Assembly: GCA_000708835.1 (NCBI GenBank)
Contig: DF237026.1
Coordinates: 62,001-126,000, forward strand
Origin: Klebsormidium nitens
Taxonomy: Eukaryota > Plantae > Klebsormidiophyceae
Length of the DNA stretch: 64,000 bases
Direction: 5' to 3'
The position numbers were made by a program, and so were the translations under genes. This document shows, piece after piece, positions 24,801 to 36,191 of this stretch. How positions within the stretch are numbered: position 1 is the first letter of the stretch; the number at the start of each line of letters is the position of its first letter. The notes beneath the pieces are model-generated. The model was not told the DNA's origin. It did not search any database and saw only the letters and a program-made list of their open reading frames with translations.

Positions 24801-27455
24801 GTGATCAACCAAGCTCGTGTTGTTCCTTCACAGGGCTTGTAGTTAAATCGATTGCTGTACTCAGCGCTCACGTGCACCGGAACAGTCTGCTTTGGGAGAT
24901 GAGAAAGCCTTCAAACCCCTCATTGACATCGTTGATATTGGACGGCTTGTATGTGCACGTACAATGACCCCAGAAGCGTAACTCTGACTCAGGCAAGTAT
25001 TCCAAGTGTCGCTTTCTCCCGCCCCTCCTTCCTTTTTCGTTGATGCTTATAACTTTGTGGCGAGACGACAGCAGCGTACTGGATCTATCTGGAGAAACTC
25101 CCACAGGAAATCCAGACAGCTTCGCCGGTTTCACTGGTTGCCCTTTCCCTCAGCTCCCGCTTCCGTAGATCAGTCCACTCTTTTCTCGAGAATCCGTTCT
25201 TTAGGTAATCATTGAAAACCGAGCTCAAAATCAATCTCGAAAACTCGACCATAAGATCTTCGATCGCCCCGCAGGTTCCCGGTGGTCGCCCTCTCCCCCG
25301 CCCCTTGCCCCTCCAAATCAGCCGACGCTTACCTCTTTGTGGGCGACTCCCGAGACGGCGTTCTTCTGTACCGTTTCTCCACGGGCTCGCTCGAGCTGGC
25401 GCTGGCCGACCCGGAAAGGCGCTCCCTGGCTGACGTCATTGCGGCCCCCGGTGACGTCAGATCCGCGGCGATTGGGGCGGACAGCGGCGGGGGCGTGGGG
25501 ATGATGTCAGCGGAGGGGCGGCCGGTTGGGAGCAAGAGCCCGGAGAAGAACCTCGACGTCAAAGCTTGGTGAGGGGGTGTCAAACGCGAATCACTCTCAA
25601 AAGCTTGGGAGGTTTCGGAAAAGGGAATCCTTAGTCTGGTTTGGCGTCGGAGAGGACGTACTCAAGGGGATGAGAGTTGCAGAAACGAAGCCAGTGAAGC
25701 CCAAGCGAGGCACGCGGTTCCTAATCCGGCCGCGTCCCAACTGCTGGCGGGAGATCGGAGCTGAGATTGATCGAGCCTTACGGCATTCAAACTTCATCTC
25801 CCAAGAAACACAAGCGTATGCGAGAAAATTGGTGAAAGCCGGGGAAGACTTGTGACCGATCGCCATTCTGGGTCTTCAAAGCCTTTCAAAGCCTTTCAAA
25901 AGCAGTTTAACGGCGCACAGGCGAAAGCTACACGCCAATACAATCAAACACTTCCTTGGGACCCGTGAAGTATTCTTACTTCTGAGCCCACGGTGTCGTT
26001 GCCAGCGCTCAGATCGACGAACAAGATTTGCAGATTTGCCGAGAAGCAGGCTGCCCCCTAGAAATATTGAGCACCTTTCGGAACCCACTTTCTCTGGTAC
26101 TCCCGTATCGAATGAAAGTCCCGTTTTGGTGCAGGAAATATTCTAATGACGCACCCACGCGAATGCGTGCCACCCACCAGCCGTCGTTTCCCAAGGTTCC
26201 GCCAGCTCATGGGTCCCGCTCTTCCGGAACCTTTTTTTTTTTGCGTTTTACCTTGTATTGAGCGGAAATCCCGTATTTGTGCAGGTTCAATCTCGGGGAC
26301 CCACCCACCCGCTTACGTGCCGGTTCCGCTTTCACCCACCAGCCATCTTTCCCCAAACCCGCGACCCGCGAAGCCTCCCAACCCGTGGAAGAACACCAGT
26401 CCCCGGGCGACGCGCTGCCCCTCGGGAAGGCTGTTTTCGTCGCGACAGCTTCCGGGGGGGTCAGTTCGTTAGAGAAAGTCCACCCCCTGGAGTACCAGTT
26501 TCTGGAGCTGGTGCAGCAGAGCCTGGCGGCATTTCCGGCGACCGCGCCGCTCACGGGGAACGGCTACGCGGCGTTCCGGGCGAAGGGGTCCAAGGTGCGT
26601 CGATTCTGCGTTCTTCCTTGCTGGTCACCCGTTCTCGCTTTTCTCCCTGTTTTGGTGCCGTCTACCTGTTCCTTCGATTGCGTTTTGAGAACCTGTCGTG
26701 GTGCTGTTTTGCAATAGCTAGCAGATGCAGCAAACGGCATTGTCGAGGCATCACGAAAAAGGTCTCACCTCCAGAAAGAGAAATCTATTCGGGCACAGTC
26801 AACCTTTTCAGACATGCGCTGTCTCCGGATGCAAAACGGACTGTGGGGGACTTACGGCAAGCTTGCTAGGACTCCAGTCATTCGTTCGATGTATCCTGCG
26901 TTGCTAGAGACTCTGTCTTCCCCCCCGGTATCGTCCCTGGATTGTTATTGTGAGAGTGGCGAAAGCAGAGATCGCAGGGTACCTGCACACCGCCCCACGC
27001 CTCTAATTCGCACGGCTCTAAGAGGAGTGTCCATAGGCCGTGCTTGATCTGCGCTTCACTCTTTTAGCAATTAGTCTGAATCAGGAGGCGCAGTTCCCTT
27101 CTGTTGCCGTCTATCTCCACGTCTACAATCTGGGTGCCACTTTACCTTGTCATGGTTTTTCTTACTTGTCCCAAGGGGTTCATTCTACCTTGTGATTCGT
27201 GACAAAGGATCGCGAAATTCTCCGCAGGCGAAAGGGAGGCCAACGCTCGAGGCCGACTTCCTGGCTCAGTATCTAGACCTCACCGAGTCACAGCAGCTCG
27301 CTGTGCTGACGGCGCGGTCTGCCTCTCTTGCTCGCGCACTTTCCGGCCTCTTGAACGAGGACGAGGGAAAGGAAAAGGCAGAGGACGGCATAATAGGTTT
27401 CGAGAGCTGTCAACGGATACGAGAGATCGCCGTCGTTCTCATCGAGAACCTGTAG
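15897..27455 (+). CDS. RSE1/DDB1/CPSF1 triple beta-propeller family protein (At3g11960-like 'CPSF A subunit / SAP130-like'), ~1645 aa; exons 15897-16022, 17620-17840, 18936-19107, 19571-19701, 20104-20980, 21396-21647, 22026-23624, 24073-24800, 25275-25568, 26285-26594, 27228-27455
   Basis: Eleven phase-consistent exons. Recognised blocks are SYLVKTVL, NAAPIVDFQL-ADHFDEKQDQLFACCG, LLVMSFVSETRVLSVGLSFDDVT-ESVGF, GTYRPSVEV, GLRNGLLARYEW, RRIGSAPVSLIP, ECPRGIVF, PRRLLYH, FVGDSRDGVLLY and LEADFLAQYLDLTESQQ. These match the plant At3g11960 clade as I recall it. Confidence 0.88.
18341..19460 (+). repeat. Echo copies flanking exon 18936-19107: three acceptor/exon-start copies and two exon-end/donor copies
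   Basis: tgcag|gt(t/c)...agc...ggaagg.tggacct begins at 18349, 18526 and 18702 (real start 18936). gcggc.gagca.ctggcgctgttcca.gc.tc.cc.atggc...|gtg ends at 19274 and 19451 (real end 19107). Confidence 0.9.
23235..23402 (+). repeat. Coding 21-nt minisatellite (8 units, 7-aa period) in the propeller gene
   Basis: Units translate as DPDKTAR NPDAIGV KSDAAER IQSAADR YVDAAER DADATPW IPDAVGR DLDAFDG and share a ggacgc core. Confidence 0.75.
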
Positions 27456-29869
27456 AGGTTGTAAGCCTCGTGAGTGGATAAGATAGACTGAGCTTTGGAG
27501 GTAATGTGTGGCGCCGTGTGAATGAGGAGGGTTTAAACCTGAAAAGGTGCCCGCTAAATAGATGCAGAGATCTACGATACACGAAGGGCATCGATCGTTG
27601 ACATTACCGATTGCTTGACCGGAGAGTGTCTCACGTACCACGTACCTTATTACGGGAGTGGCACATGGCAATTATTCAATGCTTTGAGGTCACTTCCACC
27701 GAGTGTATGCAGCTCAAGTAACCGGACCGGACTGCATGATTGACACTTATAACTCTTATAGCCCGTGCATATCAAAGGCATGGTGCGGATCAGAAGTAAT
27801 CGCTCATGACGTACCGTCGCGCCCGGCCAATGATCATGCAATACGGTGCATGATGCCAGTATATCGATGGGCCGTCTTTATTCAGTATGTACATAGTCTT
27901 GTACGTTGACCCCTGCACCTGGGCCCGGCCCACGTACATGTGACTGACTGGAAGCCCCACGTATCACTTCGCGGAACTTTGCGCGTGGTCGGATTGCCCC
28001 GCTGTATTACGTGCCGCCGCGGGCCATCCCGTCATGTGATCATGCATGCGCACCTGTCGATGCTGGCATCATAAAGCCTGCAGCTCGCTGACGTTCAGTA
28101 CCAGCTAGCGCGCGCCGCGTGGAGCGCGGCTCCACGGCGGCAAATATATCGTCTCCCTCTGATCGTCGCCGCTATGCAACGTACCATGCAATGATTAACG
28201 GCCAGGCGGCCGGCGGTGGCGCGGCGGCGGCGCTGCCTCGCATCTTCAAACTCAGCTCCATTACTGAGTCAGCCGCTAGCCTGAGGCTGGCAAGTTTATT
28301 TTGATATGTTACTATATGCTTGGTATCGTACGTTGGGAAAAACCTACCATACTGCACGTGCCTTACATGCATGAGCATGTTTGCGTCACGCAGGGTTTGC
28401 ATAAAGAGCTAGTCAAGGCGGCCATATGCTGAACGATGCAGGATGGTTGTCTGGGTTGACACAAACTCCAAGGTCAGGCGTGACGAACAGAAATACCTTC
28501 ATTCCTGCATGCAGGCAAGGAGGAGCGTCAGCAGTTTCGAAAGCAAGTGAGCCTGCACTTTGGAATCACGGCTGCATTAACGACCACTTTAGCGCTTGCG
28601 CTCTGCTGCTGCCGAGCTTGCATGCTTGCACTGCTCCTGAGATTCGTGGTGTGGTTTGTACGCAGTCTCCTAGCAATGCGCGCGCACGGGCCGCGAGTCA
28701 AGCCCCGGCGATCGAACGCAACCGAACGGGCCAAACGCCGGCATGCGGTAACGCGGCCGCCTTACAGGGTTTGAGAAACGCCTGAGGTTTGGGTATTTAG
28801 GCGCTGCTCCGTCGCGTGGGCGCATGGCTGCCGCTGGGCTCATGCATGCGCGCGGTGCCGCGCGCATGACTTGCGCCGTTCTGAGTACGAAGATGCATCT
28901 ACCGGTTGATGGCCAATCCCCTAATCTAGTGTCAATATTCAGGCGTGCTAACAGGCCAGGAAATGGATCGCTCTCTTCGAACTTAAAACGAAACTGCAAA
29001 ATGAGGTGTTATGCAGGCTGGATTCTGTAAACAGCCTCAACTCGACCTTCAAAGGTGCTATTGCGCGGGGGCCACGTGCGAACGTGCCTTCCCTTCCTCT
29101 TTCAAACAGAAAGATGGAGGTGTCCGTAAAACTTACGTGGCTCGTGAGAGGTCGGACTCTCCATAGGCACTGACAGCCGCTCTTAGACTGAATAAGAAAA
29201 AGCAATGATGCACTGCGAGAGAGCTTATACTCGGTGTTGCAGCATTCATACTCGATAATATATTTTGCAGCATTCATGAATCGAGCAACTTGTCGCCGCT
29301 GCATGATGATCAGATTTAGCTTCGATTTAGAGAGGCAACACGTGTGCTATTGTGTCGGAAGAATAGATTCAGCATGTGCGTATCCAGACTATATCATTTG
29401 TAAGGAAGGGTGGCCGGTATATACATGCTTGTCGGATGAGTCAATTGCGCAGCCGTCAAAATCATAAGCTTGCATGCTCCTCAGGAGAGGAGGTTTTCGT
29501 TTTCGGATTCTCAATAATGTCGATTAAGATTGAGGCGGAATGATATAGAAAGGACGTCAAATCAAATTCCGCGTTAACCAGACAACTTGTTGCTAAGAAT
29601 CGAGAAGGTGCTGAAACGTGGCCATGCATAGACGCAAATGGATCCTCGACAATGTCCAGCCCGTGACGTGTTTTGATTTTGGCGTTAAGCCTTAACCCAA
29701 CATCAGGTTGAACAAAGCAGTCAAAATCGTCAACATCATCATCTATTTTCTGATGCTGAGCTGACTTCGAACGATCTCGACTTGCCAGGATCGGCTTAAA
29801 TGACTCTGCTTTGTGAAACATTCTGCAATGGAACACTCTACAATAAAGCATGAACTATGCCCAGGGCTC

Positions 29870-31769
29870 TTATCGAAGGGTAGCCGGATAAAAGACAGAC
29901 CGGGCAGTGAGGCCTACCTGCAAGAACACCGTGACGGGTTGACAGGGTGAGTTGACTGAACATGATGGAACTAAGAGGGGCTGACCAAAATCAAACCAAA
30001 TAGGAGGACCAACATTCAGCATCGTCATATTCTCATCATCAGCAAAGGAGCCAGGGCTTGCGCCGCCGCAAACCGCTCACCTGCCTCTCTCTCCGAGGCT
30101 TTCCGGCATTCTCTTGGTGACAGAAGGCCAGCGTCTCCATGAAGTGAGAGCGGAGCGCTTCTCCCTCCAGCTGCAGAAGAAAGAAAGCGAAGCTGAGAGA
30201 CTGTTGAGGTGCACAACAAAGGGGAGCCATATTTTGCTCAAGTGCATGGGCACTCCTACAAAGTAATCTCTTCCTTAACCATGGATGTTTATAGGCTGGC
30301 TGTGGGTTGGTTGAGGTTAACAATCCACGGCCCGATTTGGGCGGTAACCGGCCCTGGAACAAGGTTAGGGACCGGTTATTTGTCCATTAACCTGAAACCC
30401 ACGTCTGGTAAGTAGCCTGGTTAGCAGCCAAGATTTTCTGTGTCTTCTGTGTCGAGGACGCTTCGTTGCAGTATGAGATATCTCTAGTGACATGCCTGGG
30501 GCTGCTACATGCGAACACGTGCAGCCACAGCAAGAGAAGGGGCGATCAGCAAGCCTGTATTGCACTCACCAGCCCCTCCTGGTTCATATAATCTTGCCGG
30601 TGATACCACTCCACGTATGTACGGAAGGCCCGCTCGGGCTCCGTCTTTCCCAACTCCTCTACCAAGAACAAGAATTCCTGCACAAAAACGCATGGGTAAT
30701 AAACCCAACCAAAGAGGTCTCCCCTCCGCTACAGGGGCCTGAACAAACGCACGGGCTGATGGCCCTTGGCTACGGAAAAGCACCGGTGAGGCCAGAAACT
30801 TGGTGGGGCGGGCGGGAAGTTACTCACATGAATCACCATCGGGTCTTTCTTCTGGGACAGCTCGTCCAAGCGCGCCTCCTGCTCTGGTGTCAGCGGTGGG
30901 GCTTGCATCATCGGGGCACACGTCGCAGCAGTGGCTCGCACGCTATCCATTGGGTGAGCTGGCTGGGGGAGGTACGGCCCCAGTACGGCCAGGCCTGAGC
31001 AAGGCTTCCGAGTGCTGAGGGCCCGCGTCGCGGCTTTGACGACTTTGAGGTTTAGAGGGGGTTTGGGGCGCGCTGCAGGAGACGTGCGCAAAAGGCCTGC
31101 AAAAGGGGCAGGGGGTTTAGGGCGCGCTCCCGGCGCGCTGCAGGAGACGTGCGCAGAAGGGGCAGCAGCAGCAGCAGGTGAGCAGGGAAATGAACCTTGA
31201 ACAAATTTCTGTTGCCAGCACCCAAGGGGCCACGCCGCCCCACACCCGCAGAGCTTGCCCAGAGCTTGTTCCCTAACAACTATTATAACAGCGGGGATTT
31301 GAGAAGCCTCTAGGCCCTTCTGCACCCTTATGATCAACAGAGTCGTCGTAGCTCTGGTAGCTGAACAACGAGGCGTCTTTTAGAAGCAGACCGCTGACCT
31401 CAGAACCTCAAAGGACAAGCTTGAAAAGCCACCAAAGCTGACCAAGACTCAGAGTCTGTCGTTGATATGAACTTGAAGACGTTGTTATTTGCGTCGACGC
31501 GTGAATCTGTCGATCTGCGCGCGCTGTGTGCGGACGCGGGTGCGCTTGCGGCCGCCTGTCCTCTCAAGGGTTTGATTAAACCTCCTGGAAATCAATACCA
31601 ACAGCGGCCGCGCGGCCCTGGCGCGTGCGCGCGCCGTTCTTCTGTGAATGTAGGTATGCGAAACCCTAACAATTTCAGCAAACACTTGGAAAAAACTACG
31701 AGACAAGTGCGCACCTTTGAGAGGCGCTTTGGAGACATTTTGGAGACCACGTTGGAGGATCTGTTGCAT
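29870..31769 (-). CDS. Uncharacterised ~181-aa protein with a presequence-like N-terminus; exons 31715-31769, 30828-31072, 30570-30677, 30081-30170, 29870-29917
   Basis: Canonical, phase-consistent junctions. The N-terminus MQQILQRGLQNVSKAPLKARPKPPLNLKVVKAATRALSTRK is basic and lacks D/E. The core is PLTPEQEARLDELSQKKDPMVIHEFLFLVEELGKTEPERAFRTYVEWYHRQDYMNQEGLLEGEALRSHFMETLAFC. The first and last exons are less certain. No family recognised. Confidence 0.6.
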
Positions 31770-32953
31770 TGTTTGTAAGACCTAGCTAGCCTCTTCGATA
31801 TCTGCTGCCCTTGGAGCTACTCATGCTTTCAGAAGATAGGTCGCTGCCGGCGGAGGGTCCCGTGACTGAGGCCAGGGGCTTGAGGTTTGAGTTTAAGTGC
31901 CTCAAATGGGGCCCTGCAGCATGTGCTGGGATGGTAGCAGTCAAATTGGGCTTCTGCATAGACTCATTCCTGTTCTAGCCATTCTCTGTGGAGTTCTAGC
32001 CCCTTCAGGTGATACTCACGGCCTTTCTTAAACTCACTGTCTGGCAGATCTTGTAAATGTGCTACTTTCTCTCTTTGTCCTCCGTCGCAACTTCTTCTCT
32101 ACAAACTCTCTGCATACCCAAGCTCTTCCAACTGAGCTGCTTGGAGTCTCTCAGACTTCCAAAGGGTGCGCTCAATGTCTCCAAGCCTACACTTGGCAGG
32201 TCAGATCTAGTAGCGTAATCATTAGCAGTGTGGAGCCATGGTCTTCTCATGAGCATGGCACGTTTGAGGAACTGGTGCTTCTTTCAGGATGGTGCCTCAG
32301 GCTGCTGCTTTGAAGCTTTGTTTCTGGTCTTTGTCACGCTTTGATGTGTCTTCACTTCCCATTCATACAATTATACTGAATCAACTATGAGAATGCAGAG
32401 GCCTAAAAAGCACATTCCGCAGAGAAGCTTTGAGTCTGGTAGATAAAGCAGTTTAGTTTCACCAAGATATCACTTTACGGTTTGCAACTTTCGCGATAAA
32501 AGGGCAGCTGCTGTCAAGCCCCCAGCTTTCAAATCTTTGGCCGAAAAATATCAAGGCATTGACGGAAAAGTGGTTTCTAATCGGTTTCCCTATCTCAGAC
32601 GCCTTTTGAAAGATACACGGAATGTTCTGGCATCCAACTAAGAGTAAAAGACAAGGCAGTATTAGCACAGGAATGTGCGGGGCATTTTGCTGGTGGAATC
32701 TGCATCGCTGAAAAGCTTGACTTTTTTTGACTGGGTCTCTCAATACCCATCGCAGGGCAGCAAGATGCCGGAAAGTCGCAAGTAGGAAGTCGGCCGGAGA
32801 ATTTGGATAGCCGTTTTCATCTACTCGTCCGGGGGCGCCAAGATCGCGTCAGCTGATAGTAGCACTGGTGAGGCGGGACCCCATAAAGATGGTTCCATTG
32901 TTTCTCACCATGGCGGTGGAAAGGATTAATTCTGGAACTTGTGAAAAACAACA

Positions 32954-34661
32954 ATGATGTTCCCTACTTTTTCAGGAGCATCCGCAACCCTTCAACGGAC
33001 CCTGGCACTTGTGAAGCCCGACGCAGTTCTCTCCGGACACGCAGCCAATATAAAAGTAGACATCGAGGCTGCGGGCTTCAGAATCATCTCCGAGCGCGAG
33101 CTGCGCCTCTCGCCGGAGTTTGTGAAGCGGTTCTACGCGGAGCATGCGGGGCGACACTTTTTCGAGGGACTGGTGGACTTCATGAGCAGGTGAAAGATCT
33201 GGTGTCAATTGGCATGCGTGCTTCGAATGAGTGGATCTGTCAGCTTCGCGCAAAGTCAATAAACGACTTTTGTGTTGTAGAGCAAGGAAGGTGAGTGGAT
33301 TCGATGCATGGAACGCATCAAAAGGTAGGCTTCATAGAGAAGAAGCATGCAGAATCATTGGGCTTGCTTTGTTTCATGTGTGCTGGCTTGCGTCGATCTT
33401 TGACAACCTCGGATGGTTGTCACACCATTGTGGTCCATTGATCATGGTGGTCACAAGGAATGCAGTATCGGTTTTATCGTACATACATATACGGCGGCAG
33501 CCAGCTGGAGATTATCGAGCCTCCTTGGAAGAGAGATCTTCCTGTAACAACCCTCTGACCACTGCTCTTGGGCCCCAGTTTTCCATTGTAGTTTCTCGGT
33601 TGAGACCTTAGACGTTCGATTTTTGCTTCCCCAAATGGAAAGGATCACTAAAACCAAGTCTAAAGTAGTCCATTCTCGGGTAGAATCTGAGATCTTCCTT
33701 TCTTGCTGCTTCCAGCGGGCAAACCCTCGCCCTAGTTTTAGAACGGCACGACGCGGTGGCGGCCTGGCGAGCAATGATGGGTCCCACAGACTCGGCAGCA
33801 GCGCGCGGTACATTTCCCGACAGGTGCGCCCTGTCCACCTTATACACCGCTTGTTTTCTGTCCTCTTCTGTTGCTTTTGGGGCTTCTTGCAGGATAATTT
33901 CTTATGACATTACAGGGTCGTCTCTGATAAACTTTCTCCCCTCTGGTTTTTGTCGCAGTATAGGCATTCCGTGCTTTGTCGTGCTCCCTCTTACCTTTCA
34001 AACACAATCAATCGTTGAACTCGTATTATGCAGCTCTTCTCAATCCGAGAGTGTGGAAACAACATGCTGTGGGCAGTAACGAGCTGCAAAGCCTGGTTAG
34101 ACAAGTCTGACGGCATCACATTTGGCTTCCATCCGTTTGACGGTTGATGCACATCCCCGATCATGATTGTGCACGACTCTAGCAATGCTACGATGTATTG
34201 AACACCCTTTGCCCGCCAGAGTTAAGTCGCTTTCTCAAGGCATCTTCAGACCCCTTTCGCTTTCAAACGACTCGTATGCCTACTCTACTTCTCGCCTTTA
34301 TAATTGCAAGGGCATTACGGTTCTCAATTGTAATTGCTTCAGGTCTAGCCACCCGCCCATAAGTCCGGCAAAATCTTTCCGTTGCATAATGGGTGTTCAG
34401 AACGCTCAGCGTTGTGTTAGCCCCAACCCAAGTGAGGCCCTGCGGTCAGGTATAATCGAACCGTGGTGGTTTCGGCAACTCATCACATTTTTTGTTGCTT
34501 GTCGAGCTTCATTCTTTGCGTCAGCTCAACTTTCAGCTCTTTCTGATTTCGCAGCATGCGAGCCAAGTATGGGACCGACGGGCGGCGCAACGCGGTGCAC
34601 GGTTCCGAAAGCGTGGACCGCGCACGGGAGGAGATTCGGATGGTCTTTGAAGAGTTTACAG
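32954..34661 (+). CDS. Nucleoside diphosphate kinase (group II / plant NDPK5-like); core exons 32976-33189, 33716-33823, 34555-34661; termini uncertain
   Basis: Motifs QRTLALVKPD, FYAEH, WRAMMGPTD, SMRAKYG and the catalytic RNAVHGSE are present, with consistent phases. The start is either ATG 32954 or an upstream exon ending at 32867. The final exon(s) beyond 34661 were not resolved. Confidence 0.88.
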
Positions 34662-36191
34662 GTGAGAAAGGTAGAAGGTCTCTGATGGTAAGTATAAAAC
34701 ATCTCCAGCAATATTTCAAACGCCGCTGGCGAATCGTGCATCCCAGTGGAGATTGTATCCTGAATCTCAACGTCTTCTAGGGTCTTTTCCTGGAACTTTT
34801 TCTTCCGATTCTGGCGAAAGCTGGTTCCGGGTTACTAGGTCGGTGCGCTTCTTCACGTTTTTTGGACGGCTCGTGCTCTGGAGCCAGTCCGTAAGTATCC
34901 TTGTTTTTTTATCCCAAGAGCAAACTTACCAAATCCGGGGTCCACGATATGCGCAAAGCTTATGCAGATCTCCTCCTCCTTCTTTACAGAAGAATCAATC
35001 AACGGTCAAATTACAAACGTGCTAGTGGGCACGTCCGCGTTGGCCGCAGCTATTTACGGTCTCCGAATAATGATGCTGAGTTGGCCCGTGTGGGACAAGG
35101 TTGGATTGAAACAAAGGCCGTCGTACACCAAAGTTGCGTAATTGATTGAATGACAGCTAGATGCTCGCTATAAGTTATGGATCTACGGAACTGCGTTTGA
35201 GCAGCTGAAAGTCACAGCCAGAAAGATGTACAATAAGGTCTTCAGTCAGCTGCAAGAGTTACTGGACCGCGCAGACATTCTTTAGAACACCAGGCGCAAT
35301 GCCCCATTCGTTACAGACGGCAAGACTATTGTTGACATGATTACAGAATCCAACTAGACGGTAGCCTAGTAGATGTCACTTAGCGAACATATCAAGAATA
35401 TCGTTCCGTTCATGCACGGCGACTCATGGGTGCATGGACCCGCGCATGGACAGTTGCCCGGCAGTAGCTCCGAGCCTGTCGCTAGCTCCCCGTAATCTAC
35501 ATCCGATAAGTCCGGCCAGCATCCGTGAATCCAGATTTGTTGATTCGAGGGGCGTTGCATCATGGAAGCTATCATGAATGTATACCGTGCTGGTTCACTC
35601 TAGTACAAGCTAGTAGGCATTGCCTATAACTCAGAATTTCATAAGTTCACGCGGACGATTCATCCAGGAGGGTAATCGGAACAGCATCATGCAATATATG
35701 TCGTGGATCGACGTACGGTACCGACAGGCTAATGATGAAGCAGCTCTTGTCACTGGTTCCAGATTGCTTGCTCTGATTCTTGAAGCATACACATGCGTAA
35801 TGCAAGTAGCGCTTACGTGCACAGATCATGAGCAAGTGGCAACGAACGACTGTCATTAATGTGGGCGCTCAACGCCATGGGGTTCTCGGAGTCTGCTATA
35901 AGGTGTCCGTGAATTACGTTTTACAGCTACCAATTACGCCGTTCGTTCGCAGGATTCAAGATCGACTTCCTTGGACGGTACTTGTAATGCGAAACCTGCA
36001 GCTAGGTAGGCTTGATCGGTTCATTTTCGATGTGACGCAAACTCCAATTGGATAACGGAGAGTATAGGCTCCTTTATACCGCCCTCTCCTTTTCCTGATG
36101 ACTGACGTGCCCAGTGAAACCCGAACACGTGCCTAGTACAAGTTGCTGACTGACTCGACATAATCCCCCGCGGACGATGACCAACTAAGCA

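Noticed and set aside
35366-35575. ORF containing IHGCWPD, reminiscent of the RNase T2 IHGLWP motif
   Set aside because: No second catalytic motif or supporting exons; it lies in a CATG-rich spacer, so it is likely chance.
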